NCBI GenBank assembly: GCA_013239625.1
Contig: MU053652.1
Coordinates: forward strand, 6,563,902-6,627,901
From: Lama guanicoe
Lineage: Eukaryota
Length of the DNA: 64,000 nt
Direction of reading: 5' to 3'
The notes under the pieces were generated by a model, which saw only the letters and a list, made by a program, of their open reading frames with translations, had not been told where the DNA came from and did not search any database. Of the stretch, positions 24,550-37,138 are shown one piece after another. Positions within the stretch are counted from its first letter, which is position 1. Every line of letters begins with the position of its first letter. Both the position numbers and the translations under genes were made by a program.

Positions 24550-25524
24550 GTAAGAGCCTGTGCAATTATTATTTCCTTTATAGTAACTAGTTCTGAGGAG
24601 ACACGATCTGTGGAGATCACACCACCAGACCTTGAAGGATAAGATTTTTTATTTCAATAAAGGGACACTTGAGAATTTCATGTTTTTATAGTGCATCTTG
24701 GTATCTTTATAAAGAAAGAAATGGGGGGGGAAGGAAGCTGTCCTGATTTTCTTCATTTCCTTTCATAATTTCTCAGGAATATCTATTCATATTTTCTCTG
24801 AACTACATTTAAAGAGCAGAAGAAAGATTTTAGAAAAAAAAAAACTGCCTTTAGTTCTGTGAAACAGAAATGTCAGTAATGTAACATAGATACATAAAAC
24901 AGCCACTAGGCTAGGGCCACAATATTCATACTACCATATTCATGACTCTACCTTACATAGAAATTATATTACTGCAATTGAAGTTGCCTTCATCATTAAC
25001 GATGTTTATGAAACACAGATTTTTTTTTTTTTGGTGCTTACTGCAGTCTGAGGTTCACTGCAAAATAGTCCAAATATTTTAGCAGATGATAACCTACATT
25101 TTTCATCACACTATCTCATAGTGTTTTGGTGATGAAAATAGTTTTCTTAGATAAAATGAAGAAACCTGAGGAGAAGATCAGAAGTAGCTATACATGTTAA
25201 AAAGCGAATAACTTATACTGTGTAAGATCAATATGCCCTGTAATTGTCTCAGCAAATAAACAAGATGTCTCTCAGAATATAACTACAGGCAGAGACTGTT
25301 TCACCCACTTTATTCAAACTGAGTGGTACTTTTAGTTGCACAGCAAATTAGCTCAAATTAAACAACTAACTGGTTAAATAGCAGTTGCCTAAATCGACTG
25401 TGACTTTGAATACTGAAATAGAAAAATTAACTCATGTGACTTAAATGTATTTGATTCTGATCATTTATTTTGCTTATCTTGAAATGAATTTTAAGTTTCA
25501 GTTCCTATAAAATAATGCCAAAGT

Positions 25525-25876
25525 CAGTTTAGGCTGCAAATACTACCATGTGGGTAGTTTAAAAAATGAAAAATTTCCACAATCCTGGAGTCTAAGAAGT
25601 CCAAGATCGGCGGCGGGGGGCAGGGGGGGGGGTTGTGTGCTAGCATGGTCAGGTTCTGGTGAGAGCCTTCTTCCTGGTTTGTAGGGGGCTATCTCACTTG
25701 GCAGGCAGAGCTATCATATCTCTCACATCTCTTCTTATAAAGGCACTAATCCCATTCATGAGGGCTCTGCCCGCATAACCTAATTACCTCTCAAAGGTCC
25801 CACCTCCAAATACCATCACACTGGGGGTTAGGGCTTCAACATATGAATCTGAGGAAGACACATTCAGTCCACAGCA
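25525..25876 (-). mobile_element. MaLR solo LTR (MLT1A-like)
   Basis: GGCACTAATCCCATTCATGAGGGCTCTGCCC...CCTAATTACCTCTCAAAGGTCCCACCTCCAAATACCATCACACTGGGGGTTAGGGCTTCAACATATGAAT...CATTCAGTCCACAGCA. Confidence 0.88.
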
Positions 25877-26529
25877 AATAACTTTTCTTTCAACTGACAG
25901 ACACTAACCTAATATTGCCAAGGCAACTACATACTGCTACCTATGAAATCCAATTTAATATACTTCACATAGCATTAAGGATGCTTCAATAAATACTTAG
26001 AACTTGATCTTGATATACATTGTGTTAATTTGGTTTTTTATTTTTGTTTACTCCATTAACCATATTTAATAAAACACGTTACCAGAAGCTAAGAAATAAA
26101 AATACAAGCAACTACAGGAAATGTCATGGCAGGTTAATTTTCAGTTTTGGAAAAAACAGAAAATAAAAGATGAAAATTTTACAAAAAGTATGGAATTTCA
26201 GAAAAAATGGTTTTGGAATGAGGATAATATGAAATAACTGCTGATTGTCATTGTATGGTATCTGACACATTTAGAATGCAAAATTTATTTGAAAAAATTA
26301 AGTCAAATAATTTCTAAAACTCCAAAATATATTATTATAAAGTAAATAATAAAATCAATTAAGTTAAATACAGCAATCTTTGTGAATAAAAGTAATAAGT
26401 AAATAATGCTACAAGAAGTTCTAACATTCTGGTAAGAACTTTTCCCTTTTTTCCCATATAGATTTTAACGGCTCTTGTAAGGCCATGATATAACTTTTTA
26501 GAGATCTGTTAGACTGTAGTATTTTCTCA

Positions 26530-26950
26530 CAATATAACTCTCCCTCCCCTGCCATAATTCACTGTAGGCAGGACCATTTCCCGGCCCACTGATGTTATGT
26601 GTGACCAAGTCTCTGCTTGTACACAGAGATAGCAGCATGTCGGTTCTGAGCCAAGGCCTTAAGAGGCTTTGTGTGTTCCTGTCCTGCTCTCTTGAGCTTC
26701 TGATTCCAAGCAGGAAAAAGGCAAGCTCTAGGAGCCATTTTTCCTTCAGCCCAGGACCCAGAATGAAGACAAACAGAGTATGCTTAAACCTAAAACCCGA
26801 GGTTAGGCCAAGTTCAGCTGAGCTCAGCACCGAAACACCTGCCGAAACTGAAGCTGATGTGCAGATCCATGCATAAAAAATGCATACGTCTTAAGCTACC
26901 AATACTTTAGAGTTATGTACTATGCAGCATTATCAAAGCACAGTTACGGA
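26530..26950 (+). mobile_element. MaLR solo LTR (MLT1I/J-like)
   Basis: TTCTGAGCCAAGGCCTTAAGAGGC...CCCAGAATGAAGACA...TTAAGCTACCAATACTTTAGAGTTATGTACTATGCAGCATTA resembles the MLT1 body and 3' end. Confidence 0.7.
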
Positions 26951-27329
26951 GTCTGGGACACTAGGGCATGCTTCAAGCAATGCAAGTACCCAAGTCAAAC
27001 TTGCTGATATGATACCCTGGATACGAGCAGGCTGTGATGAGATGAAGCAGGAGAAATCAGCTTAGACATCAGGCTCAGCACTGTGTAATTTATCCTAAAA
27101 TCAAAGTGATTCATTGAAATATTTTACTCACCTAGGTAAAATAATCACATTTAAAATTTAGAAAGATTCCTTGCTTAAATTTGTAGCAAATGTTGACAGA
27201 ATTTTCAGAGGAAACCACCCCAATCCAATACACTAAATATTTTTCCATGAAATATGTTACAGCTTTTATTTTTATTATTATTATTCTATCGTTGTAATGG
27301 CAGGAAAATCAATTACACAAATATTAAGG

Positions 27330-28170
27330 AAGCTTTATTCCAGAATAAGAGGAGAGCTCTGCCACTGGCATTTTCCCTGGAGGTGTCTGGTAAGATAAAG
27401 CCTGGGTTTTAACAGGTGTCTGGCTTAGAACACAGGAGACAGAGCTTGAATACTGCCAATACTTTAAGGCCATATTAGAGAGACACTCCACTTCAGTTCC
27501 TTGCGAAATCTGGGGCCCCAAAAGACAACACTTTGCAGAGAAAAATCAACCTAAAAAGAGAGGAAATATATGCCTTTCTCAAAGTCCACTTAGAGCAGAA
27601 CAAAGTGAAACAAGTACCCCTGAAGAACACCTAACCATATGCCCACAAGAACCTCAATTTGGTCTGCAAATTCATACTACTGTGTAGTTCGAAGCATACT
27701 AGTTAATATTTTATTTTCATGCTGTCCCAGATCAGTAGTTCTCTGAGGCGTCTGATAGAAACAAACAAAATGAAAAATATGAACTTCAAATGACAACCTC
27801 AAGAAACTCCTACTAAGAAAGAAGAATCAAACAATATGAGACATAGTATTTTTAAACAATCATTAAACATGTTAATAAATGAGCCAGAATACTGAAATAA
27901 AAGAAATTATAATTATTAATTACAGTGTAATATTTACAATGCTTAAAACATAAAGGATGTATTGAAATCATAATAAGGAGTAATAATCCATAAAAATCGG
28001 CCATGATTTTTTTAAAGGCAATATATAAGATTTTAATATATAATAATTAAAATTAAAAACAAAGTGGGAAAAGAAGTAACAGATTTGACATTGCTGAATA
28101 GTGAACTAGTGAATAAAAGGGCATGTCTGAAAAAATTACTAGGAAAATATCATTATGGTACAGTGAAAAT
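27330..28170 (+). mobile_element. Decayed LINE-1 5'/ORF1 fragment
   Basis: A-rich ORF1-like pattern (AATATATAAGATTTTAATATATAATAATTAAAATTAAAAAC...AACAGATTTGACATTGCTGAATAGTGAACTAGTGAA). Confidence 0.5.
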
Positions 28171-28197
28171 ATAATACAATATTTATTACATATAATA

Positions 28198-28628
28198 ATC
28201 TGTTCTCTCTGCCTGACTGATTCAGCTGGCTCACTGGACTTCTCTTGTCCTCAGACTGGGACTTACACCGTCAGTATCTCCTGGGTCTCAGGCCTTCAGA
28301 CTCGGCTTAAAATGTACACCACTGTCTTTCTTAATCTGCATGCAGACAGCAGATTGTGGGGCTTCTCAAATTCCATAATAGCATGAGACAATTCCTTATA
28401 ATAAATCTCTGGGTATGCACGTATGTGTGTGTATCTACATATATGTGTTTACACACGTATGTGTGTGTATATATCTACATGTGTATGTGTATACTTATAT
28501 GGACATAAATATGTTTTTGTAATGTATATATATGTGTATACATATATAGATAGATAGATGTGTGTGCATATAATGTATGTATGTATATAGACTATCGGTT
28601 CTGTTTATCTAAAAAACCCTGACTCATA
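28198..28628 (+). mobile_element. Partial MLT2 LTR (3' half) with internal (TA/TG)n expansion
   Basis: CTCCTGGGTCTCAGGCCTTCAGACTC...GCAGACAGCAGATTGTGGGGCTTCTC...CCATAATAGCATGAGACAATTCCTTATAATAAATCTC, then microsatellite ~28410-28590, then CTATCGGTTCTGTTTATCTAAAAAACCCTGACTCATA. Confidence 0.85.
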
Positions 28629-28849
28629 AGATAGATTTGATAGATGATAGATATACACAGATATAAATTAGGTCAAATTGGGCCAAACTGTAAATCATGC
28701 TATTCATTACATTTTTATTTCAGTAACAAATTTCTGTCTTCTTATTGGATCAACGTGTGAGAGGCCATAGTTGTTAATGTCCCACAATGACTATTGCTGG
28801 TTTTTGATCTATCAATTCTTTTCTCTTTTTCAGGGAGGGAGGAGGAATC

Positions 28850-29420
28850 TTTAATTGAATCATAATATCTAAAATGAAATGAGATCAAATCATACATACG
28901 TAATCCAATGAACCCTCCTAAAGTGAACATACCTGTGACCCAAGCACTCTGATCAATAAGCAGCATTGCCGGCTCTCCAGAATCTCTTCCCACACCCATT
29001 TCAAACCATTTAACTCCTATCTCTTCAAGGTGTCCACTACCTGACTTCTGTCACAAAAGACTGGCTTCGGTCTGTTTTTGAACTTTCTATAAATGAAATA
29101 ATAAAGTATGTATCATTTATGCTTGGCATCTTTTGTTCAACACCATGTGCACGTGGTTCATATAGTTTGCTATATGTAGTTTTAGTTTGTTCACTTTCAT
29201 TGCTGTATAGTATTCCACTCTGTGGAATTTCTACCACAATTCATATGTACGTTTCTATTGCACATGGTTATTTAGGTAATTTCCAGTTTTTAGCCATTTT
29301 TAATAGTGCTGTTACAAGCATACTTGTTTATTATCTTTTGATGAACATACGCACATTTCTGTTACCTATAATCCTAGAATTGGAATGGCTGTGTCATAGT
29401 ATGGGCAAATGTTCAGCATA
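28850..29420 (-). mobile_element. Old LINE-1 3' end (L1ME/L1MC-like)
   Basis: Antisense L1 3'UTR: TCTGTTTTTGAACTTTCTATAAATGAAATAATAAAGTATGTAT...CATTGCTGTATAGTATTCCA...TTTAGGTAATTTCCAGTTTTTAGCCATT. Confidence 0.8.
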
Positions 29421-29738
29421 ATCAATATCAAAAAACCCATACTGTTCATGACAGATAATTCTGGGCAACCTTTTCCTTCAAGGGTACACTAGTCACTCTA
29501 ACTGACAAAAAAAAGATACTTCTTTTTGAAATATTGGCATTTGTTTATTTCACAGAAAAGCTTAAGAAGCTTTAATGTAGCATTTTTATCTCATTACAAA
29601 TATCAGTTAAGTAGTAGAAGAGAAAATACGTTAGTGGAAAAGGATGCATTAATCAAGATGTCAAGAAAGTATCTCTATAATGTCAGATCTTAGTGTTATC
29701 ACATTAAGTCAAATGAGTAAGTTTATGAATAAGACAAC

Positions 29739-29971
29739 AGAAGTAAAAGTTTCACACATAGTAAGAAAAACAATACATATAAGAGAATGTATAAGAAAAT
29801 ACTATGTGAACACAAGGCAGAGAAACAAGCCTTTTATCTCCTCCCTTGGACTCCCAATTTATAGAAGTAAAAGTTTCACACATAGTAAGAAAAACAATAC
29901 AAATAAGAGAATGTATGTGAACACAAGGCAGAGAAACAAGCCTTTTATCTCCTCCCTTGGACTCCCAATTT
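29739..29971. repeat. Tandem duplication, two near-identical copies (29739-29860 and 29863-29971)
   Basis: Both copies run AGAAGTAAAAGTTTCACACATAGTAAG...CTCCCTTGGACTCCCAATTT. They differ by one substitution and a 13-bp indel. Confidence 0.97.
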
Positions 29972-31569
29972 CATGTACACTTTCTATTTTTTTTTTCAGG
30001 GAGAGTAACATTCTGTACTTTTGAAGACACAGATTAACATAAGAATTAACCAAAATGCTTACTTAAGAAAGTGCTGACAAGATCAAAGAACTTAAGGCAT
30101 AAGTAAAGATATATCAATACTTTTATGTAGAACATGGAGTTAACTTGGATAGTGGCAGCCATCTGCCTTGAAAGTAAATTATTTATCCCTTTAGAAATCC
30201 ATGCACTGTACAGTGCAGCGACCTGAAGTATTTCTATATGGGACAGAGCAACAGTTAATAATACACAGCAATGTGTCAATTTAAGCCACTGAACATGTTT
30301 CTAATTAGGGAACAATAATTTCAGGGTCACTCTATTCAAATGCAATCAGCCAGGCAGGGAGTTCAAAATATTTCAGAATCTAAAATGATGATGGTAAAAA
30401 TCTCAGGTAATAGTAATGGCAGTATCACTAGAGGGTTAATCCTCTCAATCTACAATCAGATCTCTTGAGCTTTAAATGCTCTACCACAAATATTTACACT
30501 TTCACAAACAAGGCAAAGCAAGATAAAGTTAGGCTGAAAATCTATTAAATGTTCTGGTATGGGATGTGAAACTGGAATGAACATTTATAATATCACCAGG
30601 CACATGTACTATTTTCTTCTGAAACAATGTTTTGATCTATAATGTCTCTTCTTGACTAGTTTCAAATTATGTTTAAAAAAAGAAAATAAGCAAAAACCTT
30701 AATAGGATAAAGGCATCAAAATATTAAAATTCTACGCGGGATACTTCAACCATGACAAAGCTGGTAAATAAGTCTAATCTTCCCTAGTTGACAAAATAAA
30801 ATTTGCCACCAAGAAATCACAACAGCACTAAAGGAATACAGGGAAACAGGCGCACTATATAGCTGAAGAACTGGGAGCAGTGAGAGAGTTTTCATTTAGT
30901 TAAGTTTCCCAGGATAGGCGTAGACAGTCCAAGGACTGCTACTTCAAAGGGTGTGGCTCAAGGGACAGGGGACAAAGAGAATTTTAGCATGAGGATTAGG
31001 CGATGAAGAGGCAACTGTTTCTTCCATGTCATATTGCAGTCTAAAATAAGCAAGTCCAGGGTAGAAGCGCTAAATTTCACTGATTTCTGGCGACATACTT
31101 TGATAACTGGCTGGCTGTTTGTGACAGCTGAGGGCTGGGGGAGTTGCTCAATCCACAGAAGTCATTCAGAGGCATCACAAGAGTAATGCAGAAGAGTGCA
31201 CATAGTGAAAGTAAGGATCAGGCTTGCTTACTAACTGGATACAGTGAGATAAGAGACGTCGTAAGTCTAGGTACAGCCGTAAAAATTGGACCTTGGTATA
31301 TGAATATGGCACAGCTTAGCTGCATGGCTGAGGTTCCCAAGCATTAGAGTTTTAATGACTGTACCTGAGACACTTCCGCCAGACAACACACTGAGATTAC
31401 GCCATGCAAAAGTGTTGGTAAAATATCAAAAGGCCTGGTAATATCCAGGTCTTTGAGATATAATGTTGCCTTAGCACATACTGATTTATTTTCAATGTTA
31501 CCATTATCAAAAGCCAATTCCTGTCCATGTGCTCAGCCTTTTGATTCAGTCCCAGTGACCTCTGGTGGT

Positions 31570-31765
31570 AGTTACTAGCTGTATAACTATGAGTGAGTAC
31601 TCAATCTTAGTCTCAGTTTTTGAGTAAATATGTGTCATATATATATTATATTGATTATTCCATACAAATCTATGAAATGAGATAAAAATATAATGTATAG
31701 AGTTATTGAGATGATTAAATGAGATGCTTTGTGTAAAGCCTATGCCACAAATAATGAGGTATGTT
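31570..31765 (+). mobile_element. MIR SINE fragment
   Basis: TTACTAGCTGTATAACTATGAGTGAGTACTCAATCTTAGTCTCAGTTT...ATAGAGTTATTGAGATGATTAAATGAGATGC...TGTAAAGC resembles the MIR core. Confidence 0.6.
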
Positions 31766-32169
31766 ACTCATTTAATACTCATCAAGCATCTATTTTAAAA
31801 ACCAAATGCTTACAATCATAATGTTCTTTCCTACTGAAGATTATTTTGCTCTCTCATTAGCACATCTTGCTGCAGATCTTTCCCAGATAAGCATATTGTA
31901 CAAATATTTTTAAAATAATTAAGATGTGCTAACTAGTTGGCCATAAGTATTTGCTTTATTATTTTCACACTTCTAAAATTCCTAAAACCTGATACATTAA
32001 ATTAACAATGTAACGCACTGGCTAAACACACACTGTTTTCTGATAATATTAATGCCATTAAAAAGTGGTATATTTTACATTCACAGTGGTTTACTTGATA
32101 ACTTGATAATACAGTGGCAAGACATATATTGATGAAATCAGGTTCCCCTCATATCTAGAACATAAACCC

Positions 32170-32360
32170 CACGCTTCTCTGTAGCACCCAACTCGGCTGA
32201 TTTGTGTGATTAATGTTGGTTGATTTTTGCCTCCTCGTGTAAAATACACACTTCATGACTGAAAGGTCTGTGTCTTTCTTTTGTGCCCTACCATCCCAAC
32301 TGCTTAACAGTGCTTCTTCACACTGAGAAGACATAATAATAGTCATCTGTTAAATTTTTA
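32170..32360 (+). mobile_element. LINE-2 3' end fragment
   Basis: CTTCATGACTGAAAGGTCTGTGTCTTTCTTTTGTGCCCTACCATCCCAACTGCTTAACAGTGCT...ATAATAATAGTCATCTGTTAAAT. Confidence 0.55.
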
Positions 32361-32508
32361 ATTGGTTTGAAATTATCCCTGCCCCTGAGAGGTGAATGTG
32401 CATATTTCTGTAATTCTGTGATAAGGTCTATAGAAAGAGACTGGATTCTATTAGGAAAGATTTGGGGTTTGGAGCCCACTTTTGTATGTGATGATCTCGG
32501 TCACATGC

Positions 32509-32824
32509 CAGGACCACCCAATACAAATATAACTAGGGTCATACCCATGTGTGCATTGTAAACTTTCTATTACCACATTATACAAGTAAAAGGAACTAGG
32601 GAAATTAATTTCAATGATGTATCTTACTTACATCAATATACCCAAAATATAAATTTACCATATAAGTAATATAAAATGTTAATAAGACATTTTATATCTT
32701 TAATGCTAAATCATTGAAATGGAGTGTGTACTTTACAATTACAGCATATCTCAATTCAAACCAGTTACACTTAAAGTGCTTAAAAGTGACTTGTGGCTAG
32801 TGGCTACCATATTGGACAGCACAG
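32509..32824. mobile_element. MER33 (hAT-Charlie) DNA transposon fossil
   Basis: GAAATTAATTTCAATGATGTAT...TGTGTACTTTACAATTACAGCATATCTCAATTC...TGTGGCTAGTGGCTACCATATTGGACAGCACAG. Confidence 0.85.
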
Positions 32825-35800
32825 CTCTAGAATAAAAGAGAAGATACTAAAGTAATTTTGTTTACTCTAGAGGAAAGATCACTAAAATGTTTAAGTAGAT
32901 AAATTTATAAAATGTTTTCAAAAGTTGACATATATTATTGGAAGTCTATCTTCACTCTTATTTTACTAAGATTGATGACTTGAGATGGCGTTATATCCAC
33001 AGCAGCTTTGATTATATTTTCCCACTCTCTAGAGGAAAACTACTGCTTTTCATGCCTTTCTCTTCTTTTTCTGTTTTTGCTTTTTCAAATTATTTGCCTT
33101 TTTTTCCTCCTCTAAAACAACCAAATGAAAGGAGAATAAGGGAGCACAGAATTTGGGGATTCAACTATGGCATTTCTGATTTTCACATCTAATCTAACGC
33201 CAGTGGAAAACTCATTCTTCACTGAAAGAAATACTTGCTCATGTATAACTTCTATGAAAAGTTTATTGACACGCTAGATATGATTTTGCAGATTGCATCC
33301 AGAAACATTCTTTACAACTCTCTTATTCAAGAATTTTCACAGAAATTGCCCAAACCTGTACCTTCAAATAGAAGGAATGAGTTTGTGGTGCTGCCTATTC
33401 TGATGCTTTCTGATTCCACTTAAAATTTTTATGTTCAACATGCTGGATTGTTTGCAGTACTCTAATCATGATTCTTCCCAAGAAATATTGGTGGGCAACA
33501 ATTCCCACTCTTATTTATCTAAGTCCTATAACAACATTTCAGGATTTTTATGTCTATGCTGTCAACATAAATCAACAGGGGCTGTTGCCTCGGGGTGCTG
33601 AGTGATGGGCTTCCCACACCCAGTTTGTTCCAGGGGCATCACACAGAGTTTTAGAGAATGTTGGCTGATATGGCCTTTCACTGTCTCTATCCCTTTTCCT
33701 TCTCTTTCCATTAAATTAGGTTTAACAAGCTGCACAAAGTACAGCTAATGGATTATGCATCTCTTTTCAGAACAGCCCAGTTTTCAAAACTTTTATGAAA
33801 AAACAAAATCCCAGGCACGGTTAAATGCCCTATACTTTAAAGGGCTGGAAACCATCATTTCAGTTGGCTTACTTAACATAAACTGTAGCAACTGTCTGTT
33901 GTTGTAGCCCTATAAACAGTAAATAGAATATTTTAAATGGTATATAGTTTGAAATATCAAAGCTTTGAAAAGAAAATATAAATTCTGGGAGGGACATAAA
34001 ATCTACATGTTACTGACTGTAGGCTAACGCTATGTGATTTTCATTCGGGATTTGGCTCCCCAAAATTCCCATTTTATTGCTGACTTTTGGAAAATCACAA
34101 TTTTAGTGGAAATGAAACATATTTTATTCAGGCAACAGAAATGTGAGATTCAAAGAAATTGGCTTCCAAGATAGTAATAGAAGTGCTTTCTTTGGTCCAT
34201 GCACAACAAATTCAAAATTACCTCTCACAAAATTTTCCAATTGGCAATTACGTTTTGCTAAGAAATATACCAAGAAACACATGATAAAAATTCAAAATAG
34301 ACTCTATTAAATATTTAAATAGGCCCACCTATTCACAAGCACTTTTACTCCTCACTTCCAGTCTGTCTGTATTTTTCTTGCACACAAATACTGAAATTCT
34401 AATGCATTACTTCTGAATCAACAGCAAATACAATATTAATAACTAAAGAGTCCTAATTATTTTTAAAAATTAGGAAATGGAGTTTTCAACTTGGTAGTTT
34501 AAAAATTATACCTGATCCATATTAATGCTGAGCAGAAAGCAAGCACATTTTCAATATTGTCATAAAATTTTCCATTTCAATAGTCTGTTCTAGCAACATT
34601 TTCCTAACTCTCATAATCTCCTTGATTATTTTATAGTAATGATTTAATGATACAAGATTATTCTAGGAGTCTAAAGGAAAATAATATTCATTTTTTATGT
34701 AAAAAATCGGAGGAAATATGCCCAAGCAACAGAAGTACAGCCACAGAAGGTAGCTACACTTGGCCAGCTGTTCTCTGACACAGTGCAAGTAAGGATACAA
34801 AATAAGCAAATGTGTGTTTGGGGCAAGATTCTTGCGCTGCATCACTGACTTGGGAGTGGAGTAGAGACATATGGGACTGAGAGCAAAAGGGAATGGAATT
34901 TTACCTTAACGAATACAATGAATATGTTTATATAAGCCAAAGAGTTTTCAATGTCACAGTATGACTAATGCTGAAGGAAGGCTTGTTCGTGTCTATAAAT
35001 GACATTGGTGGAATTCCTCAAGGCCATTTTATTATATAAGATACTACTCCTAAGGAAAAACTGGACTCTTTCTAATAGGAAAGTAGAATATACTAAAAAT
35101 TGTTACTCTTACTCAGGAATTAATGTATTTCAGTTTTACCATAAACTTTTGATGCAAACTTACCATTTACTAGCAAGCTGGTAGTAGGTTTTTGTTTTGC
35201 TTTGTTTTGTTTTGTTTTTTGAGGTACAATGTGCATGACATGTAAGCAGTCACAACTTTATTTCCATTCTGTTTGGCATTCATTTTGGCAATCCATATAT
35301 AGTGGCTTTAATGAGAGTTCCATGGTTAAGACGCTGCCAGATAAATAAGGCAAACTGAAAGGTAACACAGCCTTGGGTTATTTAAGGAATGGGCAGAATA
35401 TCATCAACTGTCCACAAGTAAAAATCATATTATTTGGCATTCAGAAGAAGACAGTGGTGACTTCTGCTCTAAAATATAAATGATTTCTAAGGGTTTCATG
35501 TGAATGGGAGGCATTGGTTTCATTATTGCATTATGGCAGAGTTGGCAAAAATACTTTACTCAAAGTCTCACAAATCTTAGAATCAGTTATGCTTTTGTAT
35601 ACAAATTTCTGTTGTAATTCTAAAGAAATAAACTATTTCCCTCAACTAGGGTCTTATTGACATTATAGATATTTGTGAAGTTGAGAACTGAAAAATAAAT
35701 AAATGCTTGGTTACAGGTCATGAACTAGTACATATATTTTATCCACAAAGTCTAATCTCCAGTTGATTATCCAAGATAATTTATCTATATAGGTTACAAG

Positions 35801-36082
35801 TAGTAAAATGACATATTTTGTCACATAGTGATTTTAACTTGGTTTAAACTGCAAAGGAGAATGGAGATGGAAATGCACCTGCCATCAATTGCCTCAAAAT
35901 TCATTTTTAGATGAATGAAAGCCCACTCTCCTTCTTAAAGAGGCTGATTCCAAGACAGTGGCAAACTTGATCAGTCAAAAAAAAAATCTTTTAATGAGCT
36001 CTTGGTCAAATCTGGTCAAAATAAGCAGAATCTTGCAATCGCCAAACTCATCACCCTAAGAAAACAGTGTGAATGTTTAAAG

Positions 36083-36200
36083 CCTTATTATTCAAAGTGT
36101 GGTCCATGGACCAGCAGCAGAGGCTCCACCTGGGAGCTCATTAGAAGTGCAGAATCCTAGGTTCTACCAGGTCTACCAGGTAACTAAAGAAGCACTAGTC
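36083..36200. mobile_element. MER5A fragment
   Basis: TTCAAAGTGTGGTCCATGGACCAGCAGCAGAGGCTCCACCTGGGAGCTCATTAGAAGTGCAGAATC. Confidence 0.75.
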
Positions 36201-36914
36201 ACAAGGAAAATGGTGGCAGAGTAACAATGAACTGCTCTAATCCCCATTGATGGTGGTGTGACTGCCGAAAGAAACTCCGTCAATCACAGGTAAAAGACAG
36301 GGGGAAAAGATGTATTTTGAGGATGGTAAGAGCACAAAATCAAACTAAAAAACTAGAGAAACAAATGAGACTAACACAGAAAAGGGGTCAGAACACACAT
36401 GTTTGGAGAGGTGGCATGGGTGATGGTGTTTCATACCAGTTACAGATTTACTGAGACCCAGAACTAAGCCCAGTTTGGTGTCCGGGTGGATAATCTCTCT
36501 GTTGCTCCACATACGATAAAGCACCTGAGTGAGGCTTCAGAATGAAAGGGTGCTTGGGCTATCATAAATGGAGTCCAAAGAAAGCATTAGTAAAATCAAA
36601 TGCATATGTTAATATATATAAATCAACATTTCCCATAAAAAATAAATTATTTTACTTTGAAATAAAATTATTTTATATTTATTTGAAAACTTATTTTATA
36701 TTTAACTAATACCAGAGAGAAACTTTATGTAATAACAAGGAATATGGGAGTATTATTTCATTGAGTAGTTTAAGTGTGCCAACATCATTGTTTATTTGCA
36801 TGGAAGATAGATATCCTTAAGAACTTTAATTACTTTATGACTGATACATACTGTTAGAATGTTAGGTTAACCATTATAAGGAAAAGCAGTCTGCCGAAAG
36901 AAAAATGCATTGTG

Positions 36915-37124
36915 GGGGGACGGGCCAAACAGATGAAAAGGATTAAGAGGTACAAACTACTAGGTATAAAACAAGTCACAAGAATATAATGTGTGGCACA
37001 GGAAATGCAATCAATATCCTATAATAACTTTGTATGGAGAATAGTCTATAAAAATAGCAAAAAACTAATATAACATTGTAAGTCAAACATATTTCAATAA
37101 AATTAGTAAATTAATTAATTTTAA
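36915..37124 (+). mobile_element. 5'-truncated LINE-1 3' end (L1MA9-like) with ~14-bp target-site duplication, nested in an older L1
   Basis: GGATTAAGAGGTACAAACTACTAGGTATAAAA...ATAATAACTTTGTATGGAG...AACTAATATAACATTGTAAGTCAA...TTTCAATAAAA. Flanked by AAAAATGCATTGTG (36901-36914) and AAAACTACATTGTG (37125-37138). Confidence 0.82.
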
Positions 37125-37138
37125 AAAACTACATTGTG

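Noticed and set aside
25609..25632. G-run (GGCGGCGGGGGGCAGGGGGGGGG) as a functional G-quadruplex
   Set aside because: It is a short homopolymer expansion inside an MLT1 LTR with no supporting context.
28198..28628. MLT2 fragment as the missing 5' LTR of the ERV-L at 10374-13570
   Set aside because: It is in the opposite orientation, 15 kb away, and partial.
29680..30024. 114-aa ORF with the repeated peptide YVNTRQRNKPFISSLGLPI
   Set aside because: The peptide repeat is a by-product of the DNA tandem duplication. There is no other coding evidence.
36915..37124. L1 3' end as the lost tail of the L1 at 20161-22470
   Set aside because: It has its own ~14-bp TSD, so it is an independent 5'-truncated insertion.
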